Positions 24,783 through 36,379 of a DNA stretch of 64,000 nt are shown piece after piece. Every line of letters begins with the position of its first letter. Position 1 is the stretch's first letter. Made by a program: the position numbers and the translations under genes. The notes under the pieces are model-generated. The model ran no database searches. It was not told the origin of the DNA and worked only from the letters and a program-made list of their open reading frames with translations. The DNA lies in the NCBI RefSeq assembly GCF_004010195.1, contig NC_057758.1, positions 463,598 to 527,597 on the forward strand. The letters run 5' to 3'. The DNA comes from Chiloscyllium plagiosum. Taxonomy: Eukaryota.

Positions 24783-26667
24783 TCTCAAGGAAAATTAGTG
24801 GTGAACATAAAATATTAAATTGGGTTATGAAGCACGCATCTCATGAATAACTATAAGTAATGAGCTGGAATTCAGAGAGACAAGCGCAGGATGTGAAACA
24901 AGCACTTGTTTCACATTCTGACTCCTCACGAGTTATGACTTAACATGAGAACAAGTGAACACTTGACACAGAGTTAAAAACAGAATGATAGAATCTGCAC
25001 CATTGATGTAGAACGTGAGAGTTCCTTCATTCACTGGTAAAATGAGGCACAACATTAGACAGCACAGATTTCAGGAAGACTAAATACTGTGATTGCTATC
25101 ATTGTCTAATGCATTTAACGATAAGATTAAATGGATAGTTCAGCAGTTCCTTCAACTGCACTCTGAACTTAGTCTGGGTCACGGCATAAAAACAAGTGTT
25201 TGGAAAGCAACTGAGCAGCTGCAGCATGAAGCCCATTTCAAGTACAATTTCAGACATTCATATAGATTTGTAAGCAAAGAAATATATCCGACCCCATAGA
25301 GAATAAAGCATCAACATTGTCCCTAACAATACAAAATTCCCTGAGATAACAAACAATAAAATTATTGATTTCCTTCTGTTCTCCATCTCTGGGTCTTTGG
25401 AACTTTCCCCACTGTTATGGCCCGGGGTCTCTTGCGGGCTCTGCTGGTCAGTAAGATGCATCTGATTGCAAAAGTGTTGAGAAGTAGAATCAAAATAAAA
25501 GGAACACATGGAGATAAAATATGTTGCACGAACTATAATGCTGTCCATGCCACTGATATCCCTAGCCCCTTGTGAACACCCCAAAACCATGGAGAGTTCT
25601 GAAGAGTGTACTGGTCTGTAAACATCAAAACCCAGAAAATGTTCTTTATGAAACTCACCACGATCACTGCAGACAAAACGAAAGCCGCTGATTCCTTCAT
25701 ACAAAATTTCATTTTCAAATTCTGACAAGAAATAAACACAAATTGATCGAAGGTGAAAGTGACAGTGAACCAAACAGACCTGTCTGTGACTGTATAAAGC
25801 AGGGCAGCATGAATATTACACAATGGGAGAGTCTTCAGGAATAAAAGAATGCTCCCAATAAACAATAGGAACGCGCTTAATGTTAAGTCGAGGATAATTA
25901 CCAGTAGATCGAATATTGACATTGTTATCAGGTAGAGAGTGACACATGTCTAAAGTTTGCATTTTCCACGAGAGAGAATCATAATTGTCAAGATGTTAAC
26001 TACAAGAAAGGAAAAGATATTGGAAAGTCAGGCTAAGGATCAATGTGATAATATAGGATGCACAACTGTATTCAAAGTCATTATTTCTACAGGCTTATTC
26101 TGTGTTTTGCAAGTAAGTAAAATGAATCTCACTGGAAACATTGCTTGGATGCCTTCTCGCTTGCAAAGTTTGAGCCGTAGATTGCAGATGAATTAGACAC
26201 AGGAAGTTGTTTACGAAATGAGATTTTACCGGCAACAAATCCCTGAGTTGTCTGTGATCCAGTTATCGATCACAACGAACTTCTGCTGACAACAGTAAAG
26301 TGATTCATTCTTGTTTTATCTGAACAATTTCGGACGCTGCGTCAGGCCCACAGACGCCATCAGTTCTCCAGCAGCGAAGGACCTGAATCCGTTTTCTGCC
26401 GCAAGTGCCATGTTAATCATGAAGAAAATCAATTCATCTCCCCAAGAGCTTCATCTCTGAGTTGCGAGTTTTAATGCCTGAGACGCAGACCTTTTATGAA
26501 TGTACCCAGCACCCTGTGCCTCTGCAAATCGGTAAAAGCATCCCGAAAAGTATAATCAAGAAGTAGTATTATCAGCAGAACAAGAACCATCTCGCCTGAT
26601 GCTGTGCAAAGAGACTCTGGCTTGCTTTTCCATTTTTCTTGCATTGCTTAACACTTTTGTTGGTTTC

Positions 26668-26702
26668 GTGTGTGTGGTGTATGTATAGTGTGCGTGTGTG
26701 TT

Positions 26703-26774
<72 letters not shown>
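26668..26774. repeat. Compound (TG)n(GA)n microsatellite
   Basis: About 29 perfect GA units at 26716-26774, preceded by imperfect TG. Confidence 0.98.
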
Positions 26775-26775
<1 letters not shown>

Positions 26776-26849
26776 CAACGGCTGAGAAGAGGATTTGCCT
26801 TTAAACTTGTATGTTATAGGCCGATGATTCACAATAACTATAGACAATT

Positions 26850-27676
26850 CCCAGTACAGGTCGACAGGAGGCTGGAAGAACGCAGCAAGCCAAGAGGTGG
26901 AGAAGTCGATGTTTCTTGTGTAATCCGTGTTCAGGACTGAGGATCGTCATGGGGAGAGGAAATGCAGATAAAGGGGATGATAGGGTATAGGTGGTGAAGT
27001 AGAGATAGGTGAAGACAAGTAGGGGGTATTTGGTTGGTCAATGGGAGGAATAAACCCGCTTTTTGGCAGGGAGCATTGAAAGGGATGGGGAGAGGATGGG
27101 AAGGTAGTCATAGAATGTGAGGAACGTTATTTGAATTCGGACGACGCAACTTTGAGTCCTCCGGATGAGGCTTTCCGTGCAGATGATGAAGTATCGTTCC
27201 TTCAATTTGTGATGTGGTTTGTTTTGGTGATGGAGGAGGCCGACGATGGTCATGTCACAAAAGAAGCGGTTGGTGGAATTGAAGTGGACCTTGACGGGAG
27301 GGACGGGTTGACTTATATGTATCCAGCTGTGATGCTTAGTGAACTGTTTCCAAATTATACATTAGGTCTCTCTGCAGTAGAGAAGACCACAACGGGAGCA
27401 CCTGAAGCAGTAAACTAGTTTGGAAGAGAGGCAGATAAAGGTCTGTGAAACCTGGAAAGAATGTTTGACCCCCGCACGGACTTGAGGGCGATGGTATACT
27501 GCAGCTTTTCTATCTTTTCTGATTGAAAGTGAATGTGCAGATGGTTCAGGGGTGTCGGTGGAGACAGTAGCACAAACTAAGGACTGTTTGAAGGGAATGT
27601 CCTTACAGGAGGCAGAGAGGGTTGTGGAACGGAAGATGTTGTCGGTGGTGGATAATATTTGGCGCTGGCAGAAATG
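26850..27676 (-). mobile_element. Decayed Neptune-type PLE 3' fragment
   Basis: Reverse-complement similarity to 49400-50280; pLTR-like end at 26860-26940. Confidence 0.65.
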
Positions 27677-28325
27677 TTTAAAGATGAGACAGGATGCAGA
27701 ACTGGGCTGAGAATTGGCAGATAGAGTTCATCCTAGATAAATGCAAAGTGATATATTTTGAAACGTCTAACTTGAATGTTGAATATAGGATTGAAGACAG
27801 GATTCCTGGCGGTGTGGAGGAACAGCGGAATTTTGATTTCAAGTACATAGATCCCTCAAAGTTGCCACGCAAGTGGATACGGTTGTTAAGAAAGCATATG
27901 GTGTTCTGGCTTTCATTAATAGGGAGATCGAATTTAAGAGCCACGAGGTTTTGATCCAGCTCTTCACGTCCCTGGTGAGACCACACTTGGAATATTGTAT
28001 CCAGTTCTGTTCGCACTACTATTGGAAAGATACAAAGAAGGTTTACCAGGATGCTACTGGACTGGAGGGCTTGCCCTGGACAGAAGGAGGAAGCGAGGTG
28101 ACCTGATAGAGGCATGCAAGATAATGAGAGGAATGCATAGAGACAATAGCCAGAGACTTTTCCCCAGGGCAGGATTGACTGGTAAGATGGGTCATCGTTT
28201 TGATATATTAGGAGGCATCAGAGGAATGTTCCTTACACAGACAGTTGTGTTTTCATGGAATGCGTTGGCAGCAGTGTTGGTGGAAGCAGACGCATTACGG
28301 ACTTCTAAGAGAATGCTGGACATGG
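27677..28325 (+). mobile_element. CR1 RT/3' fragment
   Basis: KKAYGVLAFINREIEFKSHEV..RPHLEYCIQF in ORF 27873..28106. Confidence 0.9.
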
Positions 28326-28329
28326 CCAA

Positions 28330-28740
28330 AGGGTAAAGAGAGGAGGTCACGTTCCTGATGTCCATGGTGCAGTGGGAGGGAGAGTTGAAGTGTTCAGCTA
28401 CAGGGCGGTGGAGTTGGCTGATATAAGTGTCCCAGAGATGTTCCCTAACACGATCCGCAATTTGGTGTCTTGCCTATCCAATGTAGAGGGGACCACTTTG
28501 GGTGTAACAGATATGGTAAATGACATTTGTGAGTCTCTCCGTGACTCCCTTGTCAGATCCAAACGCCCTTCACCGCTGTCACCAGCCCTCACCGCAATCC
28601 CTGGAGCTTCCCCGCCACTGCAGGAAATGCTAAACCTGCCCGCATACTTGCCCCTCACCTCCGTCCAAGATCCCAAGGCATCCTTCCATATCTGACAGAA
28701 ATTTGCCTGTATCTTCACAAATGTCATCTATTGTCTCCAT
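28330..28740. mobile_element. Neptune-type PLE GIY-YIG fragment with internal inversion
   Basis: 28330-28532 matches 49660-49870 in reverse; 28533-28740 matches 49490-49690 forward. Confidence 0.65.
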
Positions 28741-30394
28741 TTAGAGGATTTGGTCAGCAGGATTTGAAAAGCGAGCACGTACCTGGGAATTCATAGTGAC
28801 ATGAATGGTTTACTGAGGAAGCAAATAGCCAAAATTGTTAGACAGGGAGAAATATGCAGAAGGACAGTAATGGTGTCTGTTAAAAGTGATTCCGCTTCCA
28901 AAATTAAACTTATGTGCAGCATGTCTGAAAATGAGATGGTGTCAATCAGCCAATAGCTGCAGGCCACGAATTAGCGCATCCACAGCAGAGACAAACTTAG
29001 TTCAAATATATCACCAGTGCATCAATTGTTGAGCAAAGTCATTAGTTTCGATCAGACATTGAACTGCAAATAAGGGCAGCCATAGAAATGAATGTCGATG
29101 TGAAAAACATTTAAGAGAAGCGGACACAACAGCATTCATTAGACCGAGATTGCATGAAATGAGCATTTACAAGGGAATGTGAAATCGATTTGAAATGGAG
29201 AGATTGATGGCATTTCTGTAGACACTGTCTAAATGCGAAAAAGAAGTCATAGAGAATTCCGTGTAACAATGAGAATTCTTATCCAGCTGGGTAACCATGT
29301 TTCAGTGACTACAGGCACGCTGCTATAACAGCATGAAATGTGAGACGAAGGGTGATCTATCAGTTTCAGGTGAATTCTCATTGATAAGATTTGGCGGAGA
29401 GAGCTTCGGAGCAGGTGAATGTAGTATTAGCAGAAACATGGATGACGTTTCATACAGCAGTCAGTTCAGGGAGAGCGGGAGTTGGCATGCCCATGGAGCT
29501 GGTTGGAGGCAGAACTCATTCAGTCATGATCGGAGCTCCGGGCTCAGACGAGCCGCAGTGGGAATGATAAGATTGTGTGCAATCTATGCCAAGTACACGC
29601 ACTGAGTTGGCAGGATGATATTATCAATGGAAACCGAGAAGATTGTGTGCAGGAGACTGCAGACAATGGACCTGGCTTTCAAAAGTCTGAACAAGGGGAA
29701 TGTGAAATCGATTTGAAATGGGGAGATTGACGTCATCTTCCGTAGGCGCTGTCTAAGTGGGAAGATGATGTCATGGAGAATTCTGTGCATAACACCGAAA
29801 AACCTTATTCAGTTGGGAGACCATGTTTCATCAGTTTCAATAAGAATTTCAACAGCACATTGAGGTACAGATTATTGATCTAACATCTGAAGACTTTGAC
29901 TTACCAGTACAGAATGAGCAGATAGGTCATGAAAGAGGACATGACGAGGTCAATTACACAATTATCATTGATCAATACATTTCATAGTTGTACACAGACA
30001 CTCCCAAGAACACGAGGAGACAGGAAATAACAAGATTATCCTTTCAGTAAAGCATGCTTTCCGACATTTATTTCTGACTTGAGGTTCTTACGTGGGACCC
30101 CAATAATAGACAGAATGGGATAGTAAAAATGCTGCATTATCCGAACTGTTCAATTGATCCACGATTGGAAATACATCCATTTATGGTTCTCATAAATGCA
30201 ATTAAGCTCATATGATAAAATCTTCCGTGATGAAGTTAAATTAGAGAGTGTTCTTCCCATATCGTCTTCCATTCTCATAACAATCTCTGCGACTCGGATC
30301 AAGCCTTGCCCTTTGTCATTAGCTGCAGATCAGCATAGGAGTTGACACAGCGCTCTCTCTGATAGAATGAAAGGACAAATTAGGAGTCAGGTCA

Positions 30395-30431
30395 CTTTTA
30401 AATGTCAACGGGAACGCACCAGTGACACAAT
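30395..30431 (-). promoter_or_regulatory. Putative core promoter of GPCR copy C: ATTGTGTCAC-19 bp-TTTAAAAG
   Basis: About 120 bp upstream of the ATG; matches the copy A motif pair. Confidence 0.45.
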
Positions 30432-30433
30432 GA

Positions 30434-30742
30434 TTAGGTTAATTTACTTACAGTGTGGAAACAGGCCCTTTGGACCAACAAGTCCACACCGATCCGCTGA
30501 AGCTCAACCCGCCCAGACCCATTCCCCTACATTTAGCCCTTAACATAACACTACGGGCAACTTAGCGTGGCCAATTCATCTAACCTGCACATTTTTGGAC
30601 ATGAGGGAGGAAACTGGAGCACCCGGAGGAAACCTACGCAGAATGTGCAACCTCCACTCAGACAGTCGCCTGAGGCGGGAATTGAACCCGGTCTCTGTCG
30701 CTGTGAGGCAGCAGTGCTAACCACTGTATCACGGTGCTGCCC
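30434..30742 (-). mobile_element. HE1-like V-SINE, full length
   Basis: GGGCAGCACCGTGATACAGTGG start, B box, V-domain, tail. Confidence 0.92.
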
Positions 30743-31890
30743 ATTTGCCCTTCCTCTCACCCCGGAGACCGTTGTTAATCTGTACCTCAAGTGGAGTATG
30801 TGCACTTTCCACTCGGTGATTATTAAGCAAGAACAAAAAATACCTTCTGCTCCAACGTTTTCAAAAATGCACCAGAGCTTCCTGAACACGTGGAACCAAG
30901 CCTTTGAAACGGCAGTAAAGTAAGATCGGGCAGAGAGGTGAACACACAATCGATGCTTTCCATTAGAGTTTTGCAGCACATTCACATTGAAGAGATTTTT
31001 GCTGCCGACAGACAAACCTCTAACATTTGTAATCTTTGCACACACTTTCCGGTCATTGGCAATGTCGAAAGCAGATGAGGCATTGTGCACAATGGCCATC
31101 TACCCGCGTTCAGAGGATGATCCATCCAGGTCTGCTGAGTTGCCAGGAGAACAGCGATTTTTCCGGTTTCAGCGAATTCACTTCCTATCAGATGGCATCA
31201 ACAAGCTGCTGAAGGCATTGATTACTAGTTTTGCCATCAATTGTCTGGTGCAGCACAGGACATTCAGCCTCTTTTTTCCCTACCCACCAACATCAGCAGA
31301 GACATGACAATGTGATCAACAGAGCAGGAGTGCCCTGCACAGAATAATGCAAAGCAAAACAATAATCCAGCCAGTTTTCATCTCTCCCTCTGACGCCCTC
31401 CCTCGCAACCAGAGATAGGACTGTTATTGAATGCGCCATCATTCCATGCAGACACAACTGATCGCTGTTCAGTGCGATATCCACACAGACGTCTTCGTGC
31501 AGCTCTGTCCCGAAGATGAAAGGAATTGCATTAGAGCTTTGAGGCAAGATGGAGTACTTCTGTTACAAGTCAGTGTTTTCAGAGTCATGGAGTCACACAT
31601 GGCCAACTCATCCATTCCAAGCAGAGAATTCAATCTGACCTCGTCCCATTTGGCTGCAATTGCCTCATATACCACCAAATCTTTCTCATTCAAATAATTA
31701 TTCAGATGCAGTTTAAAACTCGTAGTTTTTCCCGCTGCCACCACTTCCTGTGCCAACTCATTTCATGCATGCACCGTCTGTGTGCAAACTTTCCTCTCCT
31801 GTAACTTACAAATCATTCCCCTCTGGCAATAATACTTGACTCCCAATTTTAAATTCCCCTCCACTACGATATAGAACTTGGCTCGTAGGT

Positions 31891-32202
31891 GATTAGATTA
31901 GATTAGATTACTTACAGTATGGAAACAGGCCCTTCAGCCCAACAAGTCCACACCACCCCGCCGAAGCGCAACCCACCCATACTCCTACATTTACCACTTA
32001 CCTATCACTACGGGCAATTTAGCATGTCCAATTCACCTTACCTGCACATCTTTTGGACTGTGGGAGGAAACCGGAGCACCCGGAGGAAACCCACGCAGAC
32101 ACGGGGAGAACGTGCAAACTCCCCACTGTCAGTTGCCTGAGGCGAGAATTGAACCCGGGTCTCTGGCGCTGTGAGGCAGCAGTGCTAACCACCGTGCTGC
32201 CC
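31891..32202 (-). mobile_element. HE1-like V-SINE
   Basis: Same family; (TCTAA)4 tail. Confidence 0.92.
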
Positions 32203-32989
32203 GTGAATGCGGAATGTTTAGAGAAATTGAAACTCCTTTAAAGAAGGAAGCACATATCGGGTATAGACAAGCAGATTTGTGAATTCCTCGAAGAGTGAGA
32301 AGGAAATCGGAAGGGCAATTAGTGAACATGCGATATCTAAGGCAGGAATAAAGAGAAGCCAAGGAGAAGCTATAAGTACATTAAGGGCAAAAGAGTCACT
32401 AGTGTGACAATAGGGCCCTCCTATGTATGGAAGCAGAGGAGAAGGGTGAGTTAGAAAACGAATATGTCACAGACAGATATGGAAGCTAAAGAAAAAGGGA
32501 AATTACTGCCAGTTTCTTCAAAATGGTTCATATTGCAATAACAGGAGGTTCTGAAGGAGTTGAAACGCATAAATGTCGGTGAATCCACGGAACCAGATCG
32601 GGTGTTTCCCAATTCCACGTTCTGCGCCATGCCTTAGGTTCATCTCCCTTAACTGGGAGGCCTCCTGTATTGAACTATGTGCATTTTAACTTATCATTTT
32701 TATACAGTCTTCTGTATGCCTTGACGACTAGACATACACCCGTTATCTATTGTGAGATTCCAGGCCTTTTCACTTATCTCGCTCGGGCGTTGGTTCCCAG
32801 AATACTGGCCTTACCAGTGCTAAGACTCCCCTTCGCAATGGGAAAATCTTCCCGGAAGAGTATTTAAAAAGGGTGACATCAGGCTTTTTCACACAGTTCA
32901 AAACTGGAGTAGCCTCTTCATTTGGACAAACTGTGGTCGTAGTGAGTGGAGAGCAGTCATCTCGTACCTCTCAATACTTCTCTCCAGAG

Positions 32990-33510
32990 AGTTAGAAGCA
33001 TAAAAGCTAAGAACAAGTGGAGGCTATTCCAACCTGATGGACTGGGGCAAAATTCAATATGACCATAGTTGATACTGCAACTCATTCCTCAGATTCACAA
33101 ATCCTTTGATTCCTTCCTCCCATTATGCAATAACGGATCCCTCACCGTTTTCTCAGACAAAGAATTCCACAGGCTGACCATTCTTTGTGTTAAGATATTT
33201 CGCTTTATCTCGGTGCTTAATAACATAACCCACGTCCTTAGATGTCGATACCATGAATCTGGAGTCACCAGTCAGCAGGAACACAGTTCTTACCATCTGT
33301 TCATGCCTATTAGGATTTGAACTTCCTGTATGTTAACAACACATTTGAATAAACTACAGTGCATCTCGACCTAATCGTTCATACGTCAGTCCTGCCTTCC
33401 CAGACTTCTCTCTGGCAAACGCTGTTGCAATGGCACAATTGCCAGAAGTTCCTTCTTTCGGTGAGGAGGTGAAAACTGCACACAGTGATCCAGATCGGAT
33501 CTGACCAAGA
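32990..33510 (-). mobile_element. Old CR1 3' fragment
   Basis: GAATTCCACAGGCTGACC..AAACTGCACACAGT..CCAGAT is the reverse complement of CR1 3' coding sequence. Confidence 0.6.
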
Positions 33511-35084
33511 GCATTACTGGGGGAGTACTTCACCATTGGAAGGTCACTGCTGAGGGTTCGGTGCACTGCTGAAGGATAAATGCCGCTCCTAATGATATGT
33601 GGTACTTGTAACAGGGAAATTCTTTCTGTACGTTCTGCTCAGTCAATAATTCAATCACCACCTGATGCAAGCCTGCTCAAAATGGCCGTCAGTTTTTGAA
33701 CTGCACACATTACAATTCACTCTTAATGGTCGGCCAACAAGCAGGGTATATTTTACTCCAGCTTAGTGTGGATCTTAATTTTCTTTCCACTCTGAGCACA
33801 GGGTGTGAGGTTCATACTGCCGATGTGCGGAAGAGCACGCTCCCAAATAGAAGGGTCTTGTGTCCCTGGCAGTCTTCTTTGCTCCAAAGAAAAAAAAATG
33901 TCCGAGCATATCCAGTTTCACTCCGTGGCTGAACTGCTCTAAAAATCATAATACAGTGCAGCACAGAAACATACCCTGCTGCCCGTCATGCCTATGTCGA
34001 CCATGCTGCCATGCGAAACTGCTCCCGTCTGCCTGCAAATGTGTACGCCTCCATTTTATGCCGATGTGCGTGTCTGTCTAAACGCCTATTTACAGTTTCT
34101 ATCGTATTCGTTTCCACCACCCATTCCTCAATGTGTTCTAGGCACCCACTATCTTCTGTGTAAAAACGATTCCAAGCCCGTTTCCTTTCCACTTGTGCAC
34201 TCACAAGAGGGAGCACAAATCCAAAAGCTTGTGATTTCAAATAACCACTTTGGACTATAACCTGATGTCATGTGACCTCTGACATCATTATAGAGTTTTC
34301 TTATCAGTGGCTAGAACAACAACTGAATTTACAGTTCAGAGTTCAATCTCTGAAGTTCATATTAACTTTGCCGATGCTAACTGCAGGTTTCAATGACTTT
34401 CTGGTCTCTGCTTTCGAGTTGTAACGACAGGTTGGCAAAAAATTGGAGAAGTGTGTAAACTTCAAGGATATTTAGCTGTTGAGATTGAGTTAACTCCATA
34501 AGTGCTGATTGTTTCTCAGTTGTTGCCAGAATGACATTCAGTGGATTGTGAAAGACTGCAGGTATAACACAATAAAGTCTATATGACACTACGCGTGATT
34601 CTCGCTGTACGTTCTGCAGTCTGCATCTATGTTGATTGTCCTCATCCCCACAAGCCATTCTGCACAGTTTTCGAATCCTCAATACAGCCGTTCACTGCAT
34701 TTGCTCGTGTCCCACGATGTGGGTCTAATTTCAGGTTGTGATCGATAGGCACTGTACTGTTTTCGTCGACAATTTCCAGAAATACCAATGACATGCTCAC
34801 GTCTGTATGCTCCAAATTAACCATCTTCATCGAATCACAGTTTTGTGTTGAAAGTAAATACACCGCTGCCATACTTCGGAAGTATAACAAGAGGGATAAT
34901 AGACAATACTTTCTAAACCGTTAGTGATCTGGAAGGCCAAACGTGGCACATACATGGAAAAGCCACTCCCTTCTAACTGTCGTCCAATACCGTCATCATT
35001 CTGATTTAGAAATATACCAGTCGATCCTTTACTGTAGCCAGGCCAAAAATCCTGGAATTCCCTCCCTGACGGTTTATTAGTGCG

Positions 35085-35211
35085 GCAAAAGTGAAGACTG
35101 CAGAAGCTGGAAATCAGAGTTTAGATTAGAGTGGTGCTGGAAAAACACAGCAGGTCAGGCGGCATCCGATTATCAGGAAAATCGACGTTTTGGTCAAAAG
35201 CCCTTCATCAG
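35085..35211 (-). mobile_element. Solo PLE pLTR fragment with mutated hammerhead, inserted in a LINE tail
   Basis: Minus strand CTGATGAAGGGCTTTTGACCAAAACGTCGATTTTCC. Confidence 0.8.
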
Positions 35212-36379
35212 CTTTATGTGTGTGCCTGCAGTACGTGACTGCAGTGGCTCAGGAAGGAGCACATGAATTCCCATTCCCTTCCTACATCACCTGGGCATGG
35301 GAGATAAATGCTGGACGGGCTCTGCATCAGAAATGAACTCAATACTGCTTAGGCTTCAGATAGGCCTAACACGTGAGATTTCCTTCTCCCCCTCCACGGC
35401 TCTCTGACCCAGTCCTGGTCTTTTTGCTGCGTGGAGAAATGTTTTCCATCCATCTGTTATGTTCCACTCTCGACCACGCACTGTGAAACTGCTCAGCGCT
35501 TCCAAGCGTTCAGACATGACTGCAATAATTTAAGAATCTTAAAATGGTTGTGGTGGTGGTGGTGGCGGGGGGGGGTGGTGGTAGGGCAACTGCTCAAGGT
35601 AATGTTTACTGGACCACGACGTAGGATGTCAGCAACAAGACACATCACACAAAGCCTATCTCTCTCTACATATCTCTCTCCCTTTCTTTGTCCCGCTTTT
35701 CCCCTGGTATTTGAGAAATTTTCTTTCTAACTTTATATCGGTTTCTGCCTCTTTTTACGTGTCTCTCTGCCTCTGTCTCTAATAAATAATGAATATATTA
35801 CTAATGCCCACGTCTCACGAGTAAATCTAAAAAGTCTAGGATTGTCTGCTATATGATAATAAACGGGAAGACGGTAGACGTTGATATAATCCCTCGACAA
35901 TTAAGTATTAGACTTCCATTGTTGATAGTATTATTGTTGATAGCTTCTCATTTATCCAGAACCTGAGAAAAAATATTTTGGAGTGTTTTCGGTCCACACC
36001 AGGCGATGACGGAATTTGCATTGATTAGAAATTTTAGCATTGAGAACCTACTGTTTATGAATTTCTACATCTTCTGTCCCAATTTCTTTGAAATCATCCG
36101 CTTTCTACCGGAAAGTGAAGAAATAAATGCCTGAAGGTTCCGTCAACAGCTCTGCTTTGTCAAATTGTTAGAGAGAAACGTCTTGGCGTCAGTGCCAAAA
36201 TCAGAACATGGCACTATATTGCAGAATCAGAATATGGCACTATATTGCAGAATAAAACTACACAGAGCACCACAGCAACACAGTAGCCCCTCCAAAAAAA
36301 AAAGAAAAAGAAGACCTTCATCGACTTCTCTCAAACCTCATTCCATTCTGGTTAATCCAAGATGGATGACCGAAAAACT

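Larger units (their letters stand above)
25099..30278 (-). pseudogene. GPR139/GPR142-like GPCR pseudogene, copy C (exon 1 30092-30278, exon 2 25099-25999), all seven TM regions present
   Basis: Exon 1 ..MQHFYYPILSIIGVP plus GTAAGA donor; acceptor TTTTCCTTTCTTGTAG; NILTIMILSRGKC, MSIFDLLVII, TDRSVWFTVTFTFDQF, KDPEMENRRKSIILLFVISGNF, GFMLQLLSC..NTCFYAVTQTKFR; premature stops (e.g. TGA at 30150-30152) and frameshifts. Confidence 0.92.

Noticed and set aside
26572..26940. ER/SL-repeat ORFs
   Set aside because: They are translations of the (GA)n microsatellite
30150..30152. In-frame TGA as selenocysteine or readthrough rescuing copy C
   Set aside because: Exon 2 has additional TAG stops and frameshifts
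31891..31910. (TTAGA)n as interstitial telomeric repeat
   Set aside because: It is always the SINE tail, and the vertebrate telomere repeat is TTAGGG
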